NCBI GenBank assembly: GCA_002633005.1
Contig: NMRA01000009.1
Coordinates: forward strand, 212,944 to 276,943
Origin: Phoronis australis
Lineage: Eukaryota > Animalia > Phoronida
Length of the DNA stretch: 64,000 nt
Reading direction: 5' to 3'
Shown one piece after another: positions 1 to 14,300 of the stretch (within the stretch, counting starts at the first letter, position 1; each line of letters begins with the position of its first letter). The translations under genes and the position numbers were made by a program. Under the pieces are notes generated by a model. That model ran no database searches and had not been told where the DNA came from. It saw nothing but the letters and a program-made list of their open reading frames with translations.

Positions 1-625
1 GGTGTGTTCTTTTCAAGCTGACCAGGAGTGACAACGAGATTCAGGCCAATTTGACAACTATTGTGGGGCCTCTTAGTGGCATTTTTGCATCTGCGGCTAT
101 ATACTTAAACCCCTATTTGTAAAATTTGGCTAGTTTGTTCCTATGAACTTAAGAACAAATGATGACTTCTCTCAGACGGATCTGACTATCAATGTGCATT
201 TTAATGACAATTTGATTTTTTAGCGTTTACATCTCTGTCTTTGGAGTTCATTGATAGATTGTTATGAAATTTATCAAATAATTCTCAGACACCCTCTGAT
301 CCTCCCATTTTCAGACGAGTTTGTCATGTTCTGTGCCATCAAGTGGCCATTTTATGAAACTAATAAACTCCACTTGTGCTGTAGTTCTGGTTGCATTTCA
401 ACACTAATTTTACCCAGGATATGTATACTCCACTCAGAATTGTGGGTTCCATAATGCCTACCTCTTAGCCGTGCTTGTTAGATGTGTTGTTGGTTTGTTT
501 AATGGGTGTCTGAACTTAAGATCCCAAGTTTTGAGACTTAATTCGCACCTGAAGGTGGCGCTAATTGCTGGCGTTAATGTGGCTTGTATGTGTGAAATCC
601 TTGAAAATATCATGAAACATTTGAG

Positions 626-866
626 CTTCAGTCTTACTTGTCATACTTTACTTCAGTCTTACTTGTCATACTTTACTTCAGTCTTACTTGTCATACTTTA
701 CTTCAGTCTTACTTGTCATCCTTTACTTCAGTCTTACTTGTCATACTTTACTTCAGTCTTACTTGTCATACTTTACTTCAGTCTTACTTGTCATACTGTA
801 CTTCAGTCTTACTTGTCATACTTTACTTCAGTCTTACTTGTCATCCTTTACTTCAGTCTTACTTGT
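626..866. repeat. 25-bp minisatellite
   Basis: CTTCAGTCTTACTTGTCATACTTTA, about 9.5 copies. Confidence 0.95.
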
Positions 867-1242
867 ATCATATTTTACTTTGTTACAACTCTGTGTAAGG
901 AAAATTAAAATTTTAGATCATAAAGCCCACGCACAACGGATAAAATATCATTTTTAACACACATAATTCATGTATTGTAGGTCATCGTCAGCTTGTTGTT
1001 TTTTATTATACTCTACATGTTAATTAACTACTACATTTACTATGAGTCCTCTTATCATGAGCCACATTTAATGCCAGAGGTGGTGTTTGCATGAACCAAA
1101 GCTCATGACATCATCAATACCAACACCTGTCAGTCGGCAACAAGCATCTGAGGTGAAATTCTTTGGCGTTAACTAGCTAGTGATTGCAAGTGATAAATTT
1201 TGATTTTGTGAAAATTGGAGCTTTACTTCAGGCTGAGCTTTC

Positions 1243-1395
1243 TTTTGAACAATATTAACTGCACTCCACATATCACTTTGTTTTGAACAATGTAACTGCA
1301 CTCCACATATCACTTTGTTTTGAACAATGTAACTGCACTCCACATATCACTTCCTTTTGAACATTGTAGCTGCACTCCATATATGGCTTTGTTTT
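1243..1395. repeat. 37-bp tandem repeat
   Basis: TTTGAACAATGTAACTGCACTCCACATATCACTTTGT, about 4 copies. Confidence 0.9.
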
Positions 1396-2186
1396 GCATT
1401 TTTTCTTAACTTGGCCAAGTTCCACCTGACCTCGTCCCATTCAGTATTAATGGGACGGATGCCCTGAATTCTGAGGTTTTCTAAATTTCCTTGAATTATT
1501 AGTAGCACAAAGTGTTAAAATGCTACAGATCTTATAGTTTCATCTTTGAGGTTTGTCACCAATCTGTTCTTGCTGTGACCACAAACTTATTCTGCTCATG
1601 ACATTACAACTAACTAAGAGGATCCCGGGACAACCAGAACATGAAAGTGCACCCTGTTACCAATAACGTTACTGCAGCCTTTCAACATGCGGCCTTTCAG
1701 CATTTAATCTTCATTAGTCTGTAAGTTTTAACTTTGGCTAGTGTTGTGATGTTTTCAATTTGGATTTAAGAACTAGAAACATGATATAGTGCGAAACACA
1801 CACTCTATGTTCCCAGGCTGGTGTTGACTGGATTCTCAGCTGTGATGAAGTGAGGTTAAATTTGTTGTATTCATTGTCTTTATATCCATTGATGCTGATT
1901 GGTCGGGAAAATATCTGGGGAACCTGAAAGGGCCACAGATTTGGGTAGAAGTAAAATTCCCTGTAATTGTTTAGTGGAAGAAGAAAGTAGAATACAACAA
2001 TTTGCTGTTCAAAAATACATGCATTTAAAGTGTCGAGTTGGCTCTTTTTCTCTTGTGTGTCGGCTTCACCACCGGTCTCTTCATCTTCCTCGGGTGATTG
2101 TCTCATTAAAGATCTACTTGCCTTCATAGTTTCATCTTCTTCATACATGTAGTCAGTCTTACGTTATGTTTTTATTTTCATTTCAG

Positions 2187-2312
2187 CTGATTAACATTGG
2201 CTCTTCGTACAACTATGGCAGTGAAGATGGTGGTGAATACCTGTGTGTAGTTTCTAAAGAATGCCCAGATGTGGTTAATGGTTGTCATTCTGTGCCCACT
2301 GACAAGGCAAAG
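2187..2312 (+). CDS. KCTD5: KCTD5/KCTD2/KCTD17-family BTB protein, penultimate coding exon (C-terminal domain)
   Basis: tttcag|...aag|gtgaga, 126 nt, phase 0/0. Translates to [42 protein letters not shown], matching the KCTD5-family motif L(V/I)[23 protein letters not shown]. Upstream exons lie outside the window. Confidence 0.9.
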
Positions 2313-2911
2313 GTGAGAATTATTGTTAGTACTTACCAAACTTTCTATATCAATTGTTAATTCTGTTATTATTGTTTGAGGCACTGTATGTCTCAAAATC
2401 GTAAGTGTGGAGGTTTTTAGAACACACTTCTCCTTTCTTGGTAGATATGGTATCATCTTGTTGTGTCTGCTAGTTTATATACCTGTAGTATAGTGTAATA
2501 GGACTGTTCAGGATTACACAGTAACACTCGAATCTCGATGTATTTACCCACAGTGCCGTAAACATCCGTAAGGCATATTTGCTGCCTCATTTTCGTGACA
2601 TTGCTGTTTCACATGTTTTTTGTTATCTGATTCTACATGATTTTCTCGGTTGCTTTACTCTATTCATCATTCCAATGTATTACTGATGTTCTGTGGACTG
2701 CAACTCTGATGTGAGAAAGTTTGATAAACTAAACAAATACCCGTGGATGCATGATGAGAAATTCTTTTACTCCCCGACATCAATGTGGGGCACGAAAATA
2801 AGCCTGATCTCCAAAATGAGGTCACGCGCTTTCTTATCTCTTGGACAAAGGAGAGTTCTATGACCGTGTTATCCGGGACGGTCCGATTCACTCGCAAATG
2901 TTGTTGGTTTA

Positions 2912-3240
2912 GATTACAGGGCTGTCGCTCACCTGAAGGGATATTACAGGGCCGTCCCTCATCTTAGGGAATATTACAGGGTCGTCGCTCACATGAGGGG
3001 ATGTTACAGGGCTGTGGGTCACCTGAGGGAATATTACAGGGTCTTCGGTCACCTGAGGGAATATTACAGGGCCGTCGGTCACCTGAGGGGATATTACAGG
3101 GCTGTCAGTCACCTGATAGGATGTTACAGGGTTGTCGGTCACCTGAGGGGATATTACAGCGCTGTCGGTCACCTGAGGGGATATTACAGGGCCGTCGATC
3201 ACCTGAAGGAATATTACAGAGCCGTTGCTCTCCTGGGGGG
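2912..3240. repeat. 30-bp minisatellite
   Basis: ATATTACAGGGCCGTCGGTCACCTGAGGGG, about 11 copies. Confidence 0.95.
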
Positions 3241-3495
3241 ATTGATGCTTGTGCCTACTGAGAGGGCCCGGAATTATTCCATTTTAGAGATTTTGTATCC
3301 CTGAGTGACATCATCCTTGTCATTCAAGTTTTTGCCTTTGCAATCAGTTCAACTAAGCATGTGTTCCAGAGATGCAAAAATTTTGCGAAAATGCAAAACA
3401 GACTTAGCGTGTATTGCAAACGAAGCTCATGAGCACACTAAGATTACTGATGAAATTCTTGCGTCTACGGAAGACAAACCAACTATATCATCATC

Positions 3496-3822
3496 GTTGT
3501 GACCAGCGTTACATCACTGTCTACATCATCGTACATGTCAGTATTGTGACCAGCATTACATCACTGTGTCCGTCATCATGCATGTCAGTATTGTGACCAG
3601 CATTACATCACTGTCTACATCATCATACATGTATGTATTGTGAAAAGCGTTACATCACTGTCTGCATCATCGTACATGTCAGTATTGTGACCAGCATTAC
3701 GTCACTGTCTACATCATCATACATGTCAGCATTGTGACCAGCGTTACATCACTGTCTGCATCATCGTACATGTCAGTATTGTGACCAGCGTTACATCACT
3801 GTGTACGTCATCATGCATGTAA
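3496..3822. repeat. 47-bp minisatellite
   Basis: ATTGTGACCAGCRTTACATCACTGTCTACATCATCGTACATGTCAGT, about 7 copies. Confidence 0.95.
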
Positions 3823-5231
3823 GTCTTGATGACAGTAGGTAGGCCTACCATAACCCAGTGTTACTGCCTAAGTAATAGAATACCTATAGCAGTGAGGCTC
3901 ATAATTACTTCACTGCATTACTGTGGTGAATCTTAGTTATCCAAAGCAACAGCATAACGAGTTTCTGTTGATTATGCAATCAAAAAAAATGTAATCATTC
4001 ATAACGAGTTTCTGTTGATTATGCAATCAAAAAGGAAATGTATTCATTCGATGAGTGCATAATAAAGGCAGTATCCGTGGTGTTTGTTATAACATAACAG
4101 ATTGTTTTACGTTGGGTACCTGAAACCAAATATTTACCTGTTGATGGTTTGTAACAGACCGCAGCAGGTCCATTACTTCAGCACTCTCACATGTCTACTT
4201 TCGCTGTTTTCAACATCAAAAAGGCTGCTAACTATTGGATGTTATAGGATAAAACAAGCGTCTCGCATTACACATTTTTGGACATTTCATTAGCAATGTG
4301 AGTGTATCAATAGAGGTGTGTTTTTGTAACCATCTTCACTGGAAGGACTCAAAGTCAGTATTTCATCAATAAACCAATTCATTATGAGTTATACCATTTC
4401 CTCCCTAATAACCACCCACAACATAATGAGCACACGCCCATCACTTTGTAAGACATAGCACCTTTCTTTGATTTCCCTTTGCTCTTTAATAATTGTAACT
4501 GTCCCCTGCCATGTGTTAGCATGAGGCAGGTGGCATGGTAGTCACAATTGTATGTTAACTATGTTGTGCACTTGTGTTATTAGTGTGATATCTCAAGAAG
4601 GAATCTTTGTAATTATTTTGTTCATATTATGCACCTAACTGTAGGTGAGACATTTCCAGTCTCCAATCGACTTGGTGACCTTGACATCAATGTCATTGTA
4701 AAAGAAATTTGAAATTTTCACTTGGAAAATGTGTGCACAATAACACGATATGGAATATTTAGATTATGTTTGTATTATGTGTTGTATCTGGGGAATTTTG
4801 TAACACCAGTCAAATTTGGGGTCTTTGAGATCATTTTCAAAGCATAATTTTCTCATTTGAAAAAGTTTGAAAATTGTTTTTCTGTGATTATTTTAGATAT
4901 GTCAGAAATAAAATGTTGCTAATATTGTCACTGTAGTCATCAAAATTCATACATCCCGAGGCAGCATAGAACAATTTAGTCACTCTTTGAAAAATGCTCG
5001 TATGAGGAAGTTGTGCACAATATCATTAACGTGTATGCACTAAACCTGGTTACAGGTATCAGTGTGCATGCTTTGGGCAATTTGCACTAAATAATGTAAA
5101 GCCGTTTGGAATGGCTGCTGAATTGACTCTACGAATTTGTGATTTGTCTTGAGAGCAGTAGCAAGGGCATCCTTGAATTAAATTTCCTTCGGTCACAGTG
5201 GGCTTAGTTTGTTGAGCTTGACATTGTGTTG

Positions 5232-5510
5232 GTCACAGTGGGCTAGTCACAGTAGGCTAGTCACAGTGGGCTAGTCAAAGTGGGCTAGTCATAGCGGGCT
5301 AGTCACAGTGGGCTAGTCACAGTGGGCTAGTCATAGCGGGCTAATCACAGCGGGCTAGTCATAGCGAGCTAGTCACAGTGGGCTAGTCACAGTGGGCTAG
5401 TCATAGCGTGCTAGTCACAGCGGTATAGTCGCAGCGGGCTAGTCACAGCGATATAGTCGCAGCGAGCTAGTCGCAGCGGGCTAGTCGCAGCGGGCTAGTC
5501 GCCATGGGCT
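5232..5510. repeat. 14-bp minisatellite
   Basis: GTCACAGTGGGCTA, about 20 copies. Confidence 0.95.
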
Positions 5511-5957
5511 TACCATGTTGAGCTTGACAATGTGGAAACTTCAGCTGTTGGAAATGAAGACTTGTGAAGATTTCAATTAAATCTTGAGGTCTTCATTTTG
5601 ACACTGGAGTTGATGATATAAGTAGGTGTTGATAGCAAACTTAGACTGTACGCTTTAAATATAACAGACTGTAGGAACACATTTCATAAGTTTCATATTA
5701 GATTGATCACGTGTTACAGCGATCTTGTCAAACTGCATCATTATTACAAACAAACAACAGCATTTGTGTATGCATAATACATTTATGATCATCAATAATT
5801 TGAGAAGTCTATAATTTCCTTGGTTTCCAATTGCTTTAGAGAAGTGTGGTCCTGTTTGTTAACATTCATTCTACTATGTTTCTGTTATATTGTAACTCGT
5901 CTGGATGTACATATTAGCAACACCACATGTTAACAACACATTCCTTTGTTTCTCTAG

Positions 5958-5987
5958 GTGCTGAAGCTGCAAGGCTCCAGAATGTGA
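5958..5987 (+). CDS. KCTD5: KCTD5-family terminal coding exon
   Basis: Polypyrimidine tract ttcctttgtttctctag| then VLKLQGSRM*; matches the family C-terminus ILQERGSRM; phase 0 fits the previous exon. Confidence 0.88.
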   Translation: MLKLQGSRM

Positions 5988-7742
5988 TGAGTAAGGTGTG
6001 TGCTGTTGCAGGAGGTGTGATACACTCTGTCAACAGGCAAGCATTTAGGCTCTTATGGTGCAACTGATGCTCCTACTGTTGAACATCACTTGTGTCAGTT
6101 CATATTTTAAAAAGCAATATTCTTTACTAAGCTGTGAATGTCACCATTTTTGACTGTCCTGGTTATGATCTTCTTATGATCTCTTTAAACATGTTAAATC
6201 TCTGCTGGCTGTGAAATATTTGTGTTGAGAGACATTTTCACTGTACACACGTTTTTGTGCTATAGTTTATGTTGTGCATTTCATATTTTAATATTCCACT
6301 TGGACTCATGGACATTTCAAGTGGTTCTTTGAAAACCTCTGATCTGTAGGACATGCCCACTGTCATAGTTATGACCAGATACTTGTTTATGGCTCATGTT
6401 ACCATGCTAAGTGCCGAAGTGGTCTTCTATCTTATTCTTAACTCAAATGCTATTTTTCCATACATGTGGTAAAATCTCACCATTTTCAGACAAAAATAAT
6501 TAAACAAAATAATTACCAAAATAATTTTTTTTTCATTTTCAGGGTCTTATAACATATTTTGTGAGTGTCCATAACTTTTCAGAATATGTTATTTGATAGT
6601 AGCTGCAGTACACTCCAAAAATTATCAGGCAAAATGATCCACAATTCCCTGTCATGATGACTGAGCAAAAGCTATGTGCGAGTGGAAATTTCCATCGGAG
6701 TAGCTGGAATGTACTTGACTAAATTTGACGACATTTCATGATGCTCGCCTTTATTTGATATTTTCTCCAAGCATCAATATCCTTGCGCTGTTACTACGGT
6801 AACCAGTGTTCAGTTAGCTTGATAAGTGAGCCGAAAAGGTCTTGTCGAAAATCTTGAATAGGGCCGTAAGCTTATTGCTCCAGTCACCTTTTTCAACATT
6901 GATTTCCAAGTTTGGATAACTTTGCCTCTGAGTAGCCATTGCTGTGCAAGCTTGAGTAAGGTTGTTGGTCAACAGTATAATTCAATCTTATTGTCTTTGG
7001 TGAAACTTAGTTGTTACTCACTAGTCATTAAAATAAACATATCGCATGTGACAATGTAGCTTAATGATACACTTAATAAGAATGTCAGCCACATTGCTAG
7101 CAAACTTTGTGTCGAACCTGAATAAAGTAGCCGCAAAAAGCTCGAATTTGTTGATTAAGTTTAAGACAGATTGCCCATAACTGAATGAGATTTGTACTGA
7201 CAACAAAGTCTATTTACTTGTCCTTGACATGGATACAGAAATTTGTCTGATGACTTTCGACTCGTACTGTATGCAACAGAATTTGAACACGGTAAAGCAG
7301 TGTTTAATTTGGTGCTACCTTCTTGTGAAAAAATGAGAAAATAAAATTTTGTTTGCAAGATTTTGTCTTAAGTTGGTGAGATTGTTGTTGTGAAGTGTTT
7401 ATTAAATCTGTCTAGTTGTATGGTTGGTCATGCTTTAGTCAGTGCATAGTCACAAGAATGATGATTTGTTCATACATTAGGTGGATAGGGTACTTAACTG
7501 TCTCTAAATAGTTCGAGTTCGGTATTGAGTCGATGGCTAATTTTATGTTTCTTTCACTGTGGGAATGAAATGTGTCCGTAGTGCTTGGTGTAAAGGAAGC
7601 CATTATGATGAAACATTCTGTTAGGCTTTAACCATGTTTCTATTTACTCTTTACTATCCTTTGGAAATGTTCAAGGCTAATGTCCTGGAAGTTTTTGATG
7701 ATGCAGTACATTGTCTGGGGAGAGTACTTGATGGTTTGGTGG

Positions 7743-7868
7743 CTGGGGACTGTGCTTGGTGATGTATTACAGTGCCTGGGGACTGTGCTTGGTGATGTAT
7801 TACAGTGCCTGGGGACTGTTCTTGGTGATGTATTACAGTGCCTGGGGACTGTGCTTGGTGATGTATTA
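7743..7868. repeat. 33-bp tandem repeat
   Basis: CTGGGGACTGTGCTTGGTGATGTATTACAGTGC, about 4 copies. Confidence 0.9.
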
Positions 7869-9318
7869 GGTTAACTTGGGCAATTATGTTGACTGAAGAC
7901 AGTGCTCAATGTTGCCTAGATGGTGTATTACATGGCTTCAAGGAATGTGTTTGATCAGTTAGCATATTGCCTGGGAACAGTGCTTCATGGTGTTTTGCGT
8001 TGCCTGGGGACAGTGCTTGATGTTGCAACATGGCTGCCCAGAGTTTGGCTCTGAAGCAGGCTTTGTGTCAAGTATTCAGAGCAGGCTTTGTGTCAAGTAT
8101 TCAGAGCAGGCTTTGTGTCAAGTAATCACCCAATAGGTCAGATCTGATGATAAATGTTTAATAGATTTTTCTAATGACGAATAAGTGTACAGCTAAGTCA
8201 TAAATTATGCAAGTAGACTGGATTCTGTCGGGCAATCAGACTTATTAAATGAGATTTTGAATTGTTGATGTTGATGAACTTTTTGTAGTCACTTGTCAGT
8301 TTTAGGCACATGCAATACAGTTATCTACCTTTGATTGTTATGTGCATATTGTTGTAATATTTCACAACAGTTTTGTACTCTTTGTAAAGTTTTTATGGAG
8401 GTTGTTAGTAATTGCCCAGTGAAGGCCAGCGACTTTTATTGTGGCGTGATTTCTTGCTAAATGCTTTTTGTACTATTTATTACGAGATCAGGCTCTGTTG
8501 ACATTTGGTAGCATGTTGATGATTTACCAGTCAGATTAAATAAACTTAAGTCATGGCATGTAATAAGCTGTTGAAATAAAGTTTTGCTGCAATTTCTAAT
8601 ATCATAGCTTAGTCATACCTTGAAGTACGTTGACGTACGCTAACATAAAAAGTGAATTGTCTTCATTAATATAGCAATGTCACGCATTACACATTTCACC
8701 AAGAAACATTTGAATTGTTCACAAGCAACCTTCTGTATCAACCCTCATTTTAAATATGTACCTGAACCCATGCATTAAAATACCATGCAATTGTTTAGTC
8801 ATTGACCATTGCTTTTTGGAGCTGTGGAACACGTACAATACAAAATTTTAGTTTCCAGCCAATCTTTTGCTGTTCAAGGTTGTGGCACATGGGCTGCTCA
8901 TTCCATTGGGAAGTTTTTAGTACCACCGCAAAACGTGTTTAACTCTGAAAAAAATGAGAAACAATCGTGCATTTGTTTACCATTAAGATCTTGAATGGTG
9001 TTAAATTGAATCCCCGCTAGAGACTAGTACAGGAACTTATGATAGTAAATTTCAGGGTGTTGATTCAGAGAGCTGGCATATTGTTACATTTCTAGAACCT
9101 AAACATACGCCAGGGCTTGCTTTTGGAAATGTTTATAAACACAAAATGTTTGGGTGATATAAACATGGAAGGAGGACCAATATACGTACTACTACTTAAT
9201 GGTGTTTTAGTCATTATTATTTAAAGTAGCAAGAAATTTGGCTTTTGTCCGACTACACTGCTCAACGCTGTGATGCTAACTTGTTCCTTTGAGTTAGTTA
9301 AAAACTAGTCCAAGGCAT

Positions 9319-9571
9319 GGGAAGAACTGACACCGTCATTAATCAAGGGAAGAACTGACACTGTCATTAGTCAAGGGAAGAACTGACTCAGTCATTAGTC
9401 AAGGGAAGAAGTGACACAGTCATTAGTCAAGGGAAGAACTGACACTGTCATTAGTCAAGGGAAGTACTGACACTGTCATTAGTCAAGGGAAGAACTGACT
9501 CAGTCATTAGTCAAGGGAAGAACTGATACGGTCATTAGCTAAGGGAACAACTGACACTGTCATTAGTCAAG
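9319..9571. repeat. 28-bp minisatellite
   Basis: GGGAAGAACTGACACTGTCATTAGTCAA, about 9 copies. Confidence 0.95.
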
Positions 9572-9668
9572 GTCAAGAAGTTTACTGGTCATGCTGTGTC
9601 ATGTTATGCAACCACCATTACACAACTCTGTAGCTAGCCAGAAATATTTCCTCATCTGAGTAAGGATT

Positions 9669-9719
9669 AATAAAGACTAATTTTACAAGAGAAAGTGGTT
9701 GAAATAAAGTTAGTTTATT
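9669..9719. terminator. Candidate convergent polyadenylation signals for KCTD5 (+) and PDPK1 (-)
   Basis: AATAAA on + at 9669-9674 and 9703-9708; AATAAA on - at 9719-9714; by eye the + strand shifts from T/G-rich to A/C-rich nearby. Confidence 0.4.
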
Positions 9720-11234
9720 GACAAAATGAGCTGAATAAGTCATGTTAGTGTAAAGCCCTGGTTTTGTTGTGCACTAGCTGACAATGTTTCCGGCAACCTG
9801 ACTCCCTTTGTGTTCATAATGTTATTACAAAAATACATTTGTGCTGTGTTAGTTAATTCATGGCCATGGGAATTATGTGAATTAATATTTCAAGTCAAAA
9901 TAACGACAGTTATAAGATTGGTATTACATTATTAACAAAATGACAATAATATTATGTAGTGAGTAACAACTCACACGAATGGACTAACTGAGGAGCATGC
10001 AACTATTTGAACTGTAGTCTGATTCTGGTGACCTTCACAAGAGTTCTCCAACTTGAGTAACCATCAACATAACCATGTATGTTAACAAAATGTTGACTGA
10101 ACAGTCTTGAATCCCTCGCATGTAATATTATCCAACAGCTAACTATATCAACAAGCTAAAGTCCTGTCTTAATACTGTCAGTTTCTGCATATGTCCTACA
10201 CATATGACTAACTGCAGTATGTAGACACGGATTCTAATGCAATTGTCAACCTAAAAAGTCACACAAAAGACAGGAGTGTGCAGTGACCCAAAAGTCGTAT
10301 ACGAAAAGTGGAAGAGTACAGATAGGGCTTGAAACAGAAGATAACTCATCTTCACCAGTGCAGTTGGGTATCACGACAATTGATTTTCCACACAATAGGA
10401 TTGGACTGAATGACATAGAAGGCTGACATGAGCAGTAAAATGACTGATTATTAAGCAAGTTACAAAAGGTTCCTGTCACATCGACCTAGTTCACACTATA
10501 TCTTCAAGTATTTTGACACAACAAAACAGAATGGGGACCGAATAAACGTGGGAAATGCTACAATCTGAGTGAAAACCCCATGTGTGTCACACAGGGTTGC
10601 ATTCAATCCATGTTTTTGGCTAAGGTTGCATGTTTTGCTCAAGTGTGCCATGTGATGGGACATTTTAAAGTAGATTCTCAAGTAACCTCTATTGGCCAGA
10701 ACACAGACTTAGCATTATATTTACCTCTCAGGGCCAGAACACTGACTGAGCATGGCATTACCTCTCTGGGTGTCAGTTGTCTTTACACTTACAAATTCTT
10801 CACATTCACTATTTACAGAACACTAGTAAAACCAAGGATGACAATGAAATATTGGTTCTGTTGATAGTGTATGTCACCAAGACCTGTTTACAGCACTCGT
10901 GTGAAAAGCTCAGTCTATAAAATGCACTAAAACTGCACTAGTGCCTATCACCAACGTTTACATTTTTTGAACAGACATAACAGTCACTTGTGCGACTAAA
11001 TGTGGGATGAATGATTCACAACAGAACTGAAGGTAGCAAACTCTAGAACAAGTTACTGCTAGTTCGTGGCGTAGTGATTTATCATTGTTAACTAGCTTTC
11101 CCACAATTTCCTCTCTGGGGTGCACACAACCAAGTTACGTCTATCCGTAAAAATGTCAATGGCCATTTCCATAACAGTGTGGTTGTTAATTGCGTTTAGG
11201 CGTGACGGGACCGTAATATCTGAGCCAGACTTTA

Positions 11235-11348
11235 TTAATTGCGTTTAGGCGTGACGGGACCGTAATATCTGAGCCAGACTTTGTTAATTTCCTCCACCCA
11301 CTTGAGCGCATAACCTTCCGGGTCTTCCAGGTAGTATGTTCTGTTTGG
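11235..11348 (-). CDS. PDPK1: PDPK1 terminal coding exon
   Basis: 114 nt, [37 protein letters not shown]. Confidence 0.95.
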   Translation of the reverse strand, partial: PNRTYYLEDPEGYALKWVEEINKVWLRYYGPVTPKRN

Positions 11349-14300
11349 CTGAAATCAGTGACCAGCTGTTAAAACCAGGGCAAACACCTAACTTATGTAA
11401 AATGCACCATCACATTATATGTGTGTATTTAAGAGCCACGTATACACAGCCTCTGTCTACATGCCAAATTAGGCGTATACACCTGTAACTGAAACACTTG
11501 AGTAAAACAGAAGAACAAATTTCTAAAATATTAAATGAGTTAACATTCACTTTAAGGCACTTATGCGCATGCTACTATGTGCACAACACTAAAATAAACG
11601 ATTCTTTGAAAAACAAATCAATTCACAAGGGCCTAAATTCATGCATAGACGATTTATTTTAAAGAGTATTGCCAACAAAGTATTGGGTTTATTTCAAATA
11701 AGGAGAAATTTTTACTAGCAAATATAGGCGTAAGTTAAAATGAAACAAGTCTATTGAATACAAACTGTTTCACTAACTCAGATGGCACAAAATGTGGTTT
11801 GAGACATATTCAGTAAACTAATAACTAGTGAAAACTGCTAACCAGTTAGGTTCACACTTAGCAAAGACAAGGGGAGGGTTTCTTGACGCAGGAGACTTGT
11901 AGTGAGAAACAAAACAGAAACAAATGCGTTTACTGCTATAATTCAACATTCCTACCTCTCTCACCAATCACTTCAAAGGAGGCAATTTTGTTATGCAAGG
12001 CTGTGAAGTTACTGTGAAACTCCACCCTCTCACTCATATGACCTTTCATGACTTCGCCAAACTTGTGTTATGATACATATCCTGGCACTTGTACAGTCAA
12101 ACTTACCGTATGAACAAAGAATATTTTGAAGTTTTTAGATTCAGGCCTGAGTTCCCTGGAAAATGGTACCTCTCCCTTGTAGACCATGTTGACAGGGTCA
12201 ACATAGTACAAGTGTGGACCTTCTGTTAATAAAAACATTCTCCTACGGGCAAACAGGCCCTGAAATTGACATTGAAGACAGAGTGGTTACATCTTATTAG
12301 ACACAATTATTTATGAGAAAGTGTTTATATTTAAACCTGATAAACTCATCTAGGTCTCCATTTTTCTATAAGATTTTGCACACATCAAATAAAAAATTCA
12401 AAGTGATCATGCAACATAAATTTATTAATTCATTAATTGTTATTAGAATAGACCACAACAAGAAGTATCTCGTAGTTTTGTAAATCAGCTAAAATTTCAC
12501 ACATTTGACAAAACTGTGAGCCCTCTAATGAAGAACTTCACATCTTGTTCCATAACAATATCGGCTTGTACTGATGCCTACATGTTAAGGGTTTACATGT
12601 CAAAATCTTTAAAAAATGTTATTCACAAGCAACTGTTAGTGAAGAAAGGCTTCTCTTTTTACCATCTGCACAGAGTGAGAACAAGCAGCATAAGAGGTGG
12701 CACTCTTGGGATATCAGCCTCATGTGACTTTTAATTCCCATGTGACTCTTGGTTCACAAGTGTTACCTTACACATCTCATGTCATACACACCTTTCGTTT
12801 GTCTATAAGACCTTGTTTTAGGATGACATTGCCCTCTACGAATCTGTTATAAATATTATTCTGCGACTGCTCTGCTAATCGCCGGGACCTTTCATCATCT
12901 GACATAGCATCACTGTCACTCTCTGTAGCACCAATACCGACCCCAATACCAAACAAGCGAGACAATTGCTCCTCATCCAGACCAGCCTGCAAAAATACTG
13001 ACAATACATCTGTATCCATGGCATAGTTACTATATCATCACTGGATGCTCTAGCAATCTGTAAATATGTTTGAGATTTGATTACAAATAGTATCATTACT
13101 TAGTTTCATACAAACTGATAAATGAAAGTACTGTAAATAACCATTTTAAATTTAAAAACTACAACTCAGATATCACTTTAAGGCACACAAAAGAACAGTA
13201 CAACATCTTTTAGAAACTAGCTCAAAAATGAGATTTGTTATATCAGAGGTAAGTTAGCCTGATAAAGTTCCTGTTGTACAACTAGATAATAGAATTAACT
13301 TGTCACTAAGTTTGAAGATGACCTCCAGGTTCTACCAACTTGAGCATAAACTAAGATTCCATGCTCCATCCAAATTGGCGAATATCAGCTTACCAAACAC
13401 GACTTTTGTCTGCCAGTAGACTTCATCATGGCCCTCACTCACCAAACACAACTTTAAACATTAGCTATTAATCTTGCCAAACACAGCTTATAATTTCAAG
13501 ATTTCCCCCACTGTCTTGGTGAAGTAAGGTCACATGGGTGTGATCAAATACCCACAAACAAATCTCATTTATAGTAAGTGACCAACGGATCAGCATAAGC
13601 CAGGAGATCAAATGACATCATGTCAATGAATCCTCAGCAATCTGTAACATAATGAAAGCCTATCCCATTTCACTAGAAAACCAATACGCTTCCACAACGA
13701 ATAGTCGCTTTCATAATCTGAGAGTTTGTTGGAAATCTTTGAGGGCTGTTCCAGCAAAATCTGTGAAATAAAAATTTATGGGTGATGGTCTTTAGAAGAA
13801 AATTTAAATTATGGGTGGTCCTTCATGAAAGAAGTAAATCATTATAAGTGGGTCGTGTTTTTTGTCTTGTAAATGTTAACAGGTGGGTATTTTCAGCCAA
13901 ACACTGACCTCAATATCCTCCGAAAAAAATCAAAACTTACCAAAAAATTTACAAAACAAGCCATGTTGCTAGCCTACAAAGTGCAATATGTACACCATGC
14001 TGTTACTCAAGTCATGGGCAACTTGATGATAGGGACATGCTGAACAGTCATGTCCGTCTGTTCATCTACCGTCTGTCATCATTTCCTGTCTGTCAATTAT
14101 CTCAAGAACCACATGGCGGATCATGATAAAATTTGGTATAGAGGTACTTGGCGGGGATGCACCAGCACCAGTCGATTTTCAGACGAATTTGGCTGCTGTG
14201 GTACCCCATGTTGGCTGCTTTAGTTTTCGACAAGACATTCCTTGTGCGTCGATTATCTCAAAAACTGCTTGGCGAATCACGATGAAATTCAATACAGATA

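Noticed and set aside
471-3304. Repetitive ORFs at 471-957 and 2909-3304
   Set aside because: Translations of the 25-bp and 30-bp minisatellites in KCTD5 introns.
12987-13057. Upstream alternative acceptor for the PDPK1 linker exon
   Set aside because: Joining it in phase 0 shifts out of the PH-domain frame and terminates early.
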